From positions 14,074,001 through 14,138,000 of the forward strand of contig JBHGNT010000004.1 of the NCBI GenBank assembly GCA_043228905.1: a stretch of 64,000 nucleotides of DNA, written 5' to 3'. This document shows, piece by piece, positions 49,491 to 61,300 of the stretch. The position numbers and the translations under genes are program-made. Positions within the stretch are counted from its first letter, which is position 1. The number at the start of each line of letters is the position of its first letter. Origin of the DNA: Azolla caroliniana. Taxonomy: Eukaryota; Plantae; Polypodiophyta. The notes beneath the pieces are model-generated. The model saw nothing but the letters and a program-made list of their open reading frames with translations, made no database searches and was not told the DNA's origin.

Positions 49491-50436
49491 GCTCTTCTAC
49501 TCCTAAATAAAATAGAGGGATGCAAGAACAATATCAATTCACATTTTGAAAAAGTGAAGGCACCTAGCCAAATGTTTAAGGTTAAGGGACAAATGTTCCT
49601 GATCTTTTGTAGATGAGTCTTTGCATATGACTGTGTTTGTCACGCGTTGCAAGACGTGGTTTGCATTGGCATCACAATTGTCATTGTTGCTTGGGATGGT
49701 CCCAGTTTCAAGTTGGGGCTCTTCATCATGCCAATATTTCACAACACTCTCTATATATTAATACACTTGTACATTAATGTCGCGTGAAGTAATATGGTCA
49801 AAATAACTATTACATGAGAGGGCTCCCAACATGTACGTAGAAGTAAGACAAATTCTTCTTCATATTATGGTTCTAAATCTTTATCTCCATTTTCATTACT
49901 CTTTTCTTCCTTGTCTAAAACAACCACAAGTTTGTGAGAATTTGTATTACCCACCACAACAATCAACTTTGCATTTCTTCCCCTTTCCATACAATTTCTT
50001 TGCAGCATTATGCTTCTTCTTAGGCTCTTTGATAGAAACATAATAAATTAGTTGTATACCAACATTTCAGAAATTAGAAGTGCAAACACAATTAGTATTA
50101 CGATTCACACAGCCAGGGCGTGCCGAGATAGGAGATTTTGTTTGAAGCAACACATCCTCAATTGTTCCAATGGCCCTCCTCATATATTTATCTTCATCAT
50201 AAATTTCATTAGGTACCACTAAGGAACAACCGTGGGCTTTGGAATTTGCAGTAGACTCTATCTGTACGTAGTATCCCGGGGCCTAGTTTGTCAATTACCT
50301 TCTCTGGTGTGGTGTTGCTAGATACTACAACATTCATATTATAAGCATACATATTATAAGAGTACATATTATAACATGAATCCAAAATTACAAATATTAT
50401 TAGTACTTATTCAACTAATCACAAGGCAATACAATG

Positions 50437-50915
50437 TAATCAGTAATGTTAGTACTTAATCAACAACTTAGGAAATTAAAGGAATATAGAATTGATCCAC
50501 CTGGACATGCATATTTCATCTGGTAATGAACAATGTTAGTACTAAAAAGCCAAGACCTTCATGCCTATTTGTTCGGTCATGCAAAGCCTAAGTCAAGTGG
50601 ACTCAAAAAGTACAATGCAATTAACCAATGTTAATACTAATACAAGTTATATAACTAAACATTTAAGACCTTCCATACTAAATAATCAGTATTGTTAGTA
50701 CTTAATAATATCTTAGGAACTTTAAGGAATAGTACTGAACCACCTGGACATGCATATTTCATCGAGTAATGAACAATGTTAATACTAAACAGCCAAGACC
50801 GACATGCCTATTTGTTCGATCATGCAAAGCCTGAGTCAAGTAGACACAAAAAGTACAATGCTAGTACTAATACAAGTTCTACAACTAAACATTTAAGACC
50901 TTTAGTACTAAATAA
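50437..50915. repeat. ~243-bp tandem duplication
   Basis: CCACCTGGACATGCATATTTCATC at 50497 and 50740, with colinear downstream sequence. Confidence 0.85.
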
Positions 50916-51886
50916 TCCACACTAAATCAACTGATCATTTTGGATTACAATGTAATCAATAATGTTAGTACTGAATCATGAAAAAAGGATCTTGAGGAAA
51001 CAATACTCATAGGTATAAGAACAGAACCAAAAGTAAAATTATAAAATCATAGTATACAAATTGCATAATGCTTAATCACATACCATAGGAGTGTACTTTC
51101 AAACCCCAAGTTAGGTACCATTCAGCTCCAACTATACTTTTACAGTCCAAACATATATTTTCTTTCTCGAAATGGTACTCAGTGCATAAACAATGATATG
51201 TGTGGAAGCATGGTGTAATGATAGCATCCATAGACTCAAGCCTCAATCCAAGGCCACAGAATAAACACCTTCAGTAACGAGACACAACATACACTATATC
51301 AGCACCAATGATATTTTATACCATGGAAGGTAAAAAAGGAGAAATATAAACCATTACCGTTGTCGTGTGGTTCTTCGCACACGATATGAAAAATAGTAAA
51401 ACAATTATTTAAGATTAGCATAAAATAGTTTGATATGGAAAGATAGACGTGTTCAAGAGCTTCCAAACGCATTTTACCACACATGAAATGAATAACTAAG
51501 TATCAAGTTATGTGACTGTGAAGTTTGAGAAGAAGAGAAAAACAAGACTTTGAGATATCCCACATAGTTAGGACAACATCGGATCCCATATTATATAAGG
51601 AAAGCCATAACCTATTACTTTATATCTTTGTGTGAAGCATAGAATGTTCAAGGTGACTTGGGCTAAATTGTGTGGATCAATGGCTCAGATGAATTTGGGT
51701 CACGGCTTGGTCAGTCACGATGTATGGCTCGATCGGGTTGCGTGTGTGTGTGGACGCGTACATGGTGCAGTCGGGACGTGCACGCGCATGGACATGTACA
51801 CGGGTTGGTCAAGACGCAAGTACGAATCATACACAGACTAGACTTTATGGATGATTGGATCATGTGGCCTAATTATACGAACGATC

Positions 51887-51983
51887 GCATGCAACTAAAA
51901 GTAAAGGCCATGCAACTAAAAATGAATGCATGCAACTACAAGTAAAAGCCATGCAACTAAAAATGAACGCATGCAACTAAAAG
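51887..51983. repeat. Five tandem CATGCAACTA(A/C)AA units abutting the truncated LTR of Copia F
   Basis: Direct reading; ~20-22 bp spacing. Confidence 0.85.
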
Positions 51984-54900
51984 CTCAACATCGGTCGGAT
52001 CGGTTGGGACCGATCGATTAGGCCGGACCGGCGCATAACGAGAGGCCATATCGGTGCGTAAACCGAAAGGCTGTTAGAGAGATATTCCTCGTAAGGAATA
52101 GTTTTGGGAGTTAGTGTTGAGGCTCATTTATGAGCACTCAAGTACCGTCAGTACTTGTGTCAGCCCGATTGTCAGGGCTTGTTTAAAAGGTGCTCACTGA
52201 GCACGGTGTATGTACAAAGAGTTAGTATTTTTTGAATCGAGCTTTTGTGTGTTCTCTCTTTGTCTCTCCCGTGTATTGTGTATACTCAAGCTCTCCATTA
52301 AACCTGCGTATTTTCTGTGTGTTTGGTTTTCTATTGCTTCCACACATAATCTTCTACATGGTATCAGAGCGCGAGGGTTGAGGAACTCTACAGCCGACAT
52401 AGCTTGAAAAGAAAAACCAACCGAGAAGAACAGGTAAAACCGATGGATAGAGGCATGGCTAGCTCGCTTCCGACGAAGAAGCTCGACAGAAACAACTACG
52501 CATCTTGGTCCTACAAGATACACCAGTACCTACTCGGGCATGGTTACTGGAGCTATGTCGATGGAGCAAATGACACAACACCCGAAGCGACACACCAAGA
52601 TTTCCCGGTGTGGGAACAATCGAGGAGCAGAGTGTTGTACTGTTTCGTGTCTTGTGTGGGCTGACAGCTATTAAGCTACGTTCAGGATGCAAAAACGCCG
52701 AAGGGTGCATGGGAAAATCTGAAGAAGATCTTTGCCGCGAGCACCACAACCAGGAAGCTTCAGCTCCGATAGGAGTTGAGCAACCTATGACAAAGCGATT
52801 TGTCGGTGCCTGACTATACCTTGAAGATCAAGGACATCTGCCACTCCTTAGCTTTCATCAATTTGAACATCGAGGAAAGCGAGATGGTTCAGGTCTGTCT
52901 CGGGGGTTTGACGTCAAAGTTCAAGGCGTTCCCAACTGTTGTGTGTACCCGGGAGAATATGCCATCCTTTTTCAACTTACAGTCAATGCTCTTGATAGAG
53001 GAGAACCACGCGGGTGCGTCAACGAGCAGACACACCGACAACAAGATTATGTACACAGAGGGAGATAGGCCCCGTGGACGTGGAGGACGAGGCGAGTCGG
53101 TGCGCAATGGAGGCGGCCGAGAGATCAAGGAAGGAGGCACCGAAGTGATGCCGACAACAATTCCAGACCCTCCGAAAACAGGGGGAGTCGAGGCGACGAG
53201 AACCAGCAAGGGAAATCCGTCGCGGAATGCTAGTACTATGGCAAGAAAGGCCACAGGGAGAGCGAGTGCGGGAAAAAGCACGCCGATTCGGAGAGGACCG
53301 GTTTCGGATCTGGTTCCGGTCATACTGACAAAGGGAACCGACAGCGATCGCACTACGCCGAAGGATCCGGAAAAGCCGAAAAAGGGTCAGTCTTCGTGAC
53401 GAGACACGAAGCAAACTCAATGAAGAAGATCACCCCAAAGTCAGAGGAGGTGTGGTACGTCGACTCCGACGCGTCAAACCACATGACTTGCCATGAGGAG
53501 TGGTTCTCATTCATACCTTGAGAAATCGACGCAACCAAAAGTAGTCACAACCGGAGACGACACTCCGCATCCGATCGCGAATGTCGGTGAAGTTCCCTTG
53601 AGCCATGTCAGGTAGAAAGGGAAACTTATGAACGTGTTACACGTCCCAACCATCATGAAGAATCTGGTGTCGGTCGGGCAGATCGTCGACCAAGGGATAT
53701 AGGTTCGGTTTACACACCTCGGGTGCTTCATTGAGGAAGAAGGCCGTATTATTGTGAAAGGGCGAAGAGATGGGAGGATGTTCATCCTCGACTCTACTGA
53801 TGGTGGCATCGCAATGTTCGCGAAGGGACAAAAAGTCGAGTCGGACATCGACTTATGGCACAAACGGATAGGCCACGTCAACTACCAACGACTTCAAGAC
53901 CTGCAATCGAAACAAGTGGTGTTCGGATTGCCCAAATTTAGTGGCCGGAAGGCACAAATTTGTGAAGCCTGCCAACATGGGAAGCAACACCGACTTCCTT
54001 TCCCCAACGAGTGTAACCGGAGCCGGAACACGCTTGACTTGATACACTCTGATGTGTGGGGGCCGCCACAAAACGTTAGTCTTGGCGAGAGCCGACACTT
54101 CGTCTCCTTCATCAACGACTACACGTGGCACACGTGGATCTACCTCATGGAGAGGAAAAGCGAAGTCTTCGATTGTTTCCAGGACCTCAAAGGGTTCGTG
54201 GAAATGGAAACAAGAAGAAAGATCAAGTGCTTGCGGTTGGATGGTGGAAAGGAATACATTTCCGGTCAATTCAACAGTTATCTACAACAGATGGGAATTC
54301 GGCACGAATTCAGTTGTAGATACACGCCGTTTTGCTCCGGCGTGGCCGAGAGGAAAAATCGGTCGGTTGTGGAAGCGGCATGGGTAATGTTGGAAGAGAA
54401 GAGCTTGGCCAAGTTCTACTGGGCCGAGGGGGTAAGGACTGCGGTATACATCCAGAATCGGATCGGAGAAAAAGTGTTGGCGCATGAGCTATACTTCGAG
54501 ACAAAGCCGAACTTGTGACACTTACGAGTTTTCGGTAGCATTGCATATGTGCATGTACCGAAGGAGAAATGGAGGAAGCTAGATGCAAAGGCCGAGAAAT
54601 GTATCTTGGTCGGTTACTCGAACGAGCAGAAGGGTTATAAGTGTTATAACCCGCGCACCAAACAAGCGCGTGTGAGCCGTGACGTTGTGTTTGACGAGTC
54701 CGCGTCCTGGTACTTGCCCCCGACTCCGGACCTCATCTGCAATCCGAGTTCTGATGATGAGGTCAGCGAGGCTGAGATGCCTCGAGATGAGCCTGAAATT
54801 GGGACCCGCGAAGAGAGGCCGATTTCATTTCGGTTAAGTGGACCGAATGAACGACTGAGTCGGTACGACCAGTCCAATGACGAGCCGGCGAGTAGTGGAG

Positions 54901-57623
54901 ACTCAGCCGTGCATTCCCCGCGCAGGAAGCCGAGGAGACGGCTTACGCGCAAAGAGAAAGGGAAGAAGAAGGTGTAGGATTCCGGCACGGAGAAGCGCGA
55001 GTCTGACTCCGAGGGCAGCGGTGACGGGTCTTCAAGAGCAACGCCCGCGTCAGCCGAGAAGACCTTGACATCGGTTAATGACTGATTACGCCGATCTACC
55101 CACCAAAAAATCCCAGTTGTGCGGTTCGGATACAACGAGTACATGGCACATCATTATGCGTACATGACCTGTGTAGCGGAAGTGCGTGAGCTGGAGAGCT
55201 ACGCAGAAGCGGCTAAGGACGCGAATTGGCGCACCACGATGGAGGAAGAGATGCACGCATTGGTGGAAAGCGAGACCTGGGACTTGGTTGACGCACCGAC
55301 GGGTGTGAAGCCAATCGGATTTAGGTGGGTGTACAAAGTCAAGTACAACACCGACGGCTCGGTCAACCGATACAAGGCTCGGTTAGTAGCGAAAGGCTAC
55401 GCGCAGAAACACGACATCGTCTATGATGAGACGTTTGCGCCGGTCGTGAAGATAACGACCGTCCGTGTTTTGCTCGCGGTAGCTGCAGCAAAGGGGTGGC
55501 ACTTACATCAAATGGATGTAAGGAATGTGTTCCTGCAAGGTGAGGTTGAGGAACAGGTGTACATGGCACAACCCCCTGGATTTCACTCCGGAACGAACAC
55601 GTCGACAATGTGCAGATTGAAGAATGCCCTTTACGGACTAAAGCAAGCCCCGCGTGCCTGGAATGCGAAGATCACGCAGCAACTGCGTCGAATGGGCTTT
55701 GCGACGTCGAAATCGTACTCTTCACTGTTCATTCGGAAAGGTCAACTCGGGCCGGTTAGTATTTTACTATATGTTGATGACTTGGTCATCACCGGCGCCG
55801 ACCTAGGTGAAATCAACCGCGTAAAGCTCCAGCTTGTGGCATCATTCGACATGAAGGATCTGAGGGACCTTCATTACTTCCTCGGGATCGAAGTGATCTG
55901 CACCCCCGAAGGCATACTGATCAGCCAACATCATTATGCGCTGAATATGCTCTTCAATTTTGGGATGGCAGACTGTAAATCCGTCTCGACTCCTCTTGAT
56001 AGAACCGTCAAGCTTCGCCCCAATTCCGAAAAGGTATGCGACCCGACGAGGTTCCGACAAATTGTCGGAAGCCTTATCTACTTGACAATCACCCGACCCG
56101 ATCTCATTTATCCGGTTGGGGTGATTAGTCAGTTCATGGCGCGACCTACCAAGGAGCACCTTCAGTGTGCACAACGCGTACTGCGGTACGTAAGCGGCGC
56201 TAAGGACCGGGGCCTCCTATATTGGACCAGTATAGTCTCGTAGTTGGTCGGCTACACCAATGCCGACTGGGCCGGCAACGTTGCCGATCGCCGATCCACA
56301 TCCGGTTTCGCGTTCTCTCTCGGGAGTGCCGCGATCGCGTGGAGCAGCAAGAAGCAGCCGACAGTTGGAATTTTGAGCATCGAAGCCGAGTATAGAGGAG
56401 CGGTTGTCGCAACATGCGAAGCCATATGGTTGAAGCGGCTACTTAAGGGATCTGCAAGAGGAGGTGTCCGAACCAACGACGATCTACTGTGACAACCTCA
56501 GCAGCATCCAGCTCGCGAAGAACCCCGTCTTCCATGCATGGACCAAGCACATTGAGGTGCACTACCATTTTGTCCGTGAGCGTGTCCTTTCTGGTGAAGT
56601 CGAACTTCAGTATGTTCCGGCGGATCAACAGACCGCCGACATCTTCACCAAGCCTGTTGGTCTGGACAAGTTGCAGCAATTCTCGGGTGCGCTTGGGTTG
56701 CGTCACCTGGACGTGTCGAACTTGAGGGGGAGAAACGTCCCGGATGACCACAGAAGGGAGTAGGAAAGGAGCGGAAAAGACCATGACGCCGAGTCGGATG
56801 ACAAATTTGACTTCGGATCAACTGAAGGAGCCAAGAGCGAATCCGCGGAAGAGTCCGAAAGTAGACATAAGGGGAGTAGCTGGAAGAAAGAGCCAAAGCC
56901 AACCAAGCATGTGGGAGATGACACCGTAAGGGCGAGAAGACCAAAGACGAGTTGGAGACAGCCAACTCAGACAAGAGCGAAAACCGATCGGAGGTAGCCG
57001 AGTTGGTTCGGATGTTTGATTCAAATACACTGAATCAACCGAGGGCCAAGCGGAAAAGGAGGCAGCAGGAGAAGCGCCAACACCACGACAATAAGGGAGC
57101 TGTGAAGGGCCGTGGGAGTAGACAAGCCGACCAGAAGGATCGAAGCGTGCGGAGTCGAACAGGTTAAGGAGCGCGAGCGAGGCGTGGAGCCAGGAGGAAC
57201 CAGGGCGGTGATCCGGAAGATCCTGAAGAGCCTCAAGTTGAGCTTGAGGAGGAGTGTTGAGAGACAAGCTCAACATCGGTCTGATCAGCTGATCAAGCCG
57301 AGGACCGGATCGGTTGGGACCGATCGGTTAGGCCGAACTGGTGCGTAAACCGAAAGGCCGTTAGAGAGATATTCCTGGTAAGGAATAGTTTTGGGAGTTA
57401 GTGTTGAGGCTCATTTATGAGCACTCAAGTACCGTCAGTACTTGTGTCAGCCCGATTGTCAGGGCTTGTATAAAAGGTGCTCACTGAGCACGGTGTATGT
57501 ACAGAGAGTTAAACCTGTGTATTTTCTGTCTCTGTCTCTCCTGTGCATACTCAAGCTCTCCATTAAATCTGCGTATTTTCTGTGTGTTTGGTTTTCTATT
57601 GCTTCCGCACATAATCTTCTACA
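51981..57623 (+). mobile_element. Degenerate near-full-length Copia F
   Basis: 5' LTR 51981-52358 (first ~11 nt missing), PBS 52359-52370, PPT ~57247-57254 and 3' LTR 57255-57623. No TSD recoverable. Confidence 0.92.
52442..56763 (+). pseudogene. Copia F gag-pol with many stops and frameshifts
   Basis: Fragments 52800-53399, 53754-54518 (INT), 54549-54977, 55119-56243 (RT, YVDD) and 56244-56763 (RNase H). Confidence 0.9.
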
Positions 57624-58319
57624 AAGGAGAACTCCATATATATTCTGGTCTTCTTCTCTTCTTCTTCTTCTTCTTCTTCTCTTCTTCTCTATCCCATTCC
57701 TTGGAGAAAAGCAATCTCTCATATTCATATCAGACCACTCCTTACATGGTTGTTGGCTCCTTTCTTTCATGAATGATCTTTCATAATCATATCCAACCCG
57801 TTGTAACATGATTCTGGAAATATAAAGAATCTATTTTCTTTTGCAATAAACAAACTTTTTCTCTCACCTACTTGTCTTATGTTTAAAACTTGCTTGTGTT
57901 GTGCGAGTGATCACTAATTCCTTCCAGTCCATAACCCCTTCCGCCTCACGATCCGCACATAGTGACGGATTTTCACGACACCTTGATATAGTAATGTTTG
58001 TAATTGTACTTTCCATGCAAGTGGGGTGCTCAACTACATTTGGACACAAAGTATCTAAACCTGTTTCTTTTATACCATTCATCAAACATGTTAGGTTCTC
58101 TGAATGCAGCTTTAAGGCTGATAATTGCTCATGAATTTCAGAACGAGAAGACCGCCATGTATCTAGATCTTTCTTCTGTGCTTCCAGATGAATACCCATA
58201 GTTGTGAGATCCTTCTTCAACTCCTCTTTTAATACATCTCTTTCAGAATTTTGGATTGTTGATGCAATCCATTCGTATGTATTTGACATAGATGTGAATT
58301 GTTTCTCTGCCGCCATCTC

Positions 58320-61300
58320 TGTCGAATACATGTGTATAATGGACGTATTCACACTATCCCGTTTTGGCCATTTATGTAATTAGCATAAAGGGTAGTTGCC
58401 CTAAGTCGGTCTCTATATATAGTGACCTTGTAACCTTTTTGTAAGTTTGGTTGTTGTATTATTGCTTTGTGGAATAAGAAACTCTTTTGTGCCTCTCTCT
58501 CTCTCTCTCTCTCTCTCTGTGCAACGACATAGAAACTGTCCTACGCAGGTATTCAGAAACCATCGAATGCTTCTTGATCTTCCGCACTGACGACTTTGCC
58601 TCCAACATCTGGTATCAGAGCCTGCACAGTAGTCGGTTCTTCAATCCGCTGTCGGCCGTCGTCTCAGCATTCGGTTTCCTGCGTCATTCGAAGAAAGAGA
58701 GAAGAAGAACAAAAACGAGGTTTGCACCTCATCGCGTTAGATCCTCTTGCTTGGAGTAAGCCATCAGGTTGTACTCTGTTTCTTGTGATCGTAACCGCTC
58801 GAGGTGAAATCCCCTTGTGTATCATTGACACGATCGTGCTCCATTCGGTTAAACGGCATCCGAAGTAGTCAACAATCGCTGCTCGCCGCTCGTTGTAACC
58901 ACTCGGTGCAGATCGGTCTCAAGACAACAACCCAAATTCGTGCTTCATCTGGCTGATCGACATTCGGGAGGATCAGTTGGATCCGTCTCTCTCGTTGCTG
59001 CAGTCAACCGAAGCAGAATCGGTCCAGATAATCGGTTTCAATAATCGGTATTCGGCATATATATATCCGAAGCGAATCGGGCTCACTCCGACTCGGCAAC
59101 ATTCGGGAAGACCAGTCGGTTCTGTCCCTCAAGTTACCGGAGTCAATTCGAGCAAGTTCAACAATACATATATCCGAAGCCGAACCGACTCGGGTTCAAA
59201 TCCGACTAGAACGATATCGGGTGAGCCAACCGGCTGCACTCCAACAAGGTTCGTAGTCAACTTCGAACCGAGCTTCGTCAACCGAAACCGAATTTGATGG
59301 CATCAACATCCGGCTCGTCAGAAATGAGTCTACGCAAGTTCGATGGATCGAACTTCAACTTCTGGAAGGAACAAATGCAGGACTATCTCATAGTCAAGGG
59401 GCAAATCGATCCCATCGAAAATGAAGAACCTCCAGAAGGATACAAACCAATTGAGTGGCAGAAGCTGGACAGAATCGTTCGCGCCACGATTCGGATGCAC
59501 CTATCGGAATCGGTATACTTTACGGTGCAATCGTGTACGACAACATTCGAACTCTGGAAAACGCTGTCGGACACTTACGAAAAGAAGGTCGCCGCAACGA
59601 AGATGTTTCTGATCCGGCGCCTCTACAACTTGCGGATGAAAGAATCCGATTCGGTTCAAGCACACCTCAATGAGTACGAAAGCATAAGCTCCCAAATCTC
59701 GTCACAGGGGACGGCAATCGAGGATGAACTCAGAGCCATGATACTCATGAGTAGCCTTCCCTCATCATGGGAAACTTTCGTCACAACCGTGTGCAACGCG
59801 TCAACCACGGCTGTTAAATACTCCGAAGTCACGAGCGCGATCCTGACCGAAGCAGCTCGGAGAAAGTCTTTCGCCAAAGACTCAACAGAAGACGCTTATG
59901 TAGTACAAGGTTCGACAGACCGATCGAACATACGAGGAAGAGATTCCTCACGACCGCCGAACAATCAGCGAAGACGGAGCCAGTCACGGGATAACCGAAT
60001 CTGCAACTACTGCAAGAAACCCGGACACATCAAAGCCGACTGCCGCGCACTCAAGAACAAGAACAACAAGAAGAGTGGCCGGCATGAGGAGATCAATCAC
60101 GTCAGCTTCTCAGCTGATGTACTACCGGACGACCCGAATATACTATCAATCGAAAATCCAGTCGGATCAGAAGTTCTACTCACGACTGAAGAGTCGAGCA
60201 CATGGCTCTTAGATTCGGGCGCGTCATTTCACGTGACTCCTCATCGATCCCAATTTCGGCAATATACGATCCGTCACTCCGACTCAGTTCGAGTCGGCAA
60301 CTCACAACACTGTGACATCATCGGAATCGGCACAGTAGAGCTCAACCTTGCAGGGGGCTCTACACTTGTACTCCACAATGTCCGACATGTACCCGAGCTA
60401 TCAAGGCCATTGATCTCAGTCGGACAACTAGATGAAGACGGCATTCGTGCCGGTTTTTCTTCGGGAGGGTGGACACTCCACAGGGGGAACCTCCTGCTTG
60501 CTAGAGGACCCAAGATACACTCACTGTATCCGTTACATGTTACGCTCAGAGAGGGTAACCTGTTTTTGGTGGATATTCCTGTGTCATCACTATGGCACCG
60601 AAGATTAGGACACCTCAGCAAGGCCGGCATCACGCACCTATCTAGAGCCGGATACATCCCCAAACTCTCCTTCTCGGACCATCAATTCTGCGAGCATTGC
60701 CAGTATGGCAAACAAGCAGCCGCGTCACACCCGACATCAGCACCAAGAGAAACGAGACCTCTTGATTTAGTCCATTCGGACGTCTGTGGCCCAATGCCGC
60801 ATCAGTCTCTAGGCGGTGCCTCTTACTTCGTGAGTTTTATTGACGATTCGACTCGAAAGGTGTGGGCTTATCCAATTCGCACCAAAGATCGGGTCTTCTC
60901 GATCTTCACCGATTGGCTCGCTATGGTAGAAAATCAAACCGACCGAAAGCTGAAATGCCTTCGGACAGACAATGGGGGAGAGTTCAAATCTGAAGAATTC
61001 GTCAAATTCTGCCGACAACGCGGCATCCGACGTGAATTTACGGCACCACACAGCCCGGAGCAAAACGGGATTGCCGAACGAATGAATCGGACAATCCAAG
61101 AAAGGATAGTTTCCATGCTCCAACACTCCGGACTGTCGGATGGCTTCTGGGCAGAGGCTCTACTCACGGCAGTACACATAATCAATATGTCGCCAAGTAG
61201 ACCTCTAGGACTTCAAATTCCTCAGGAACTATGGATCGGCAGTAAGCCGAATTACGACAAGCTGAGGATCTTCGGATGCGAGGCGTACGCCCTTATTCCG

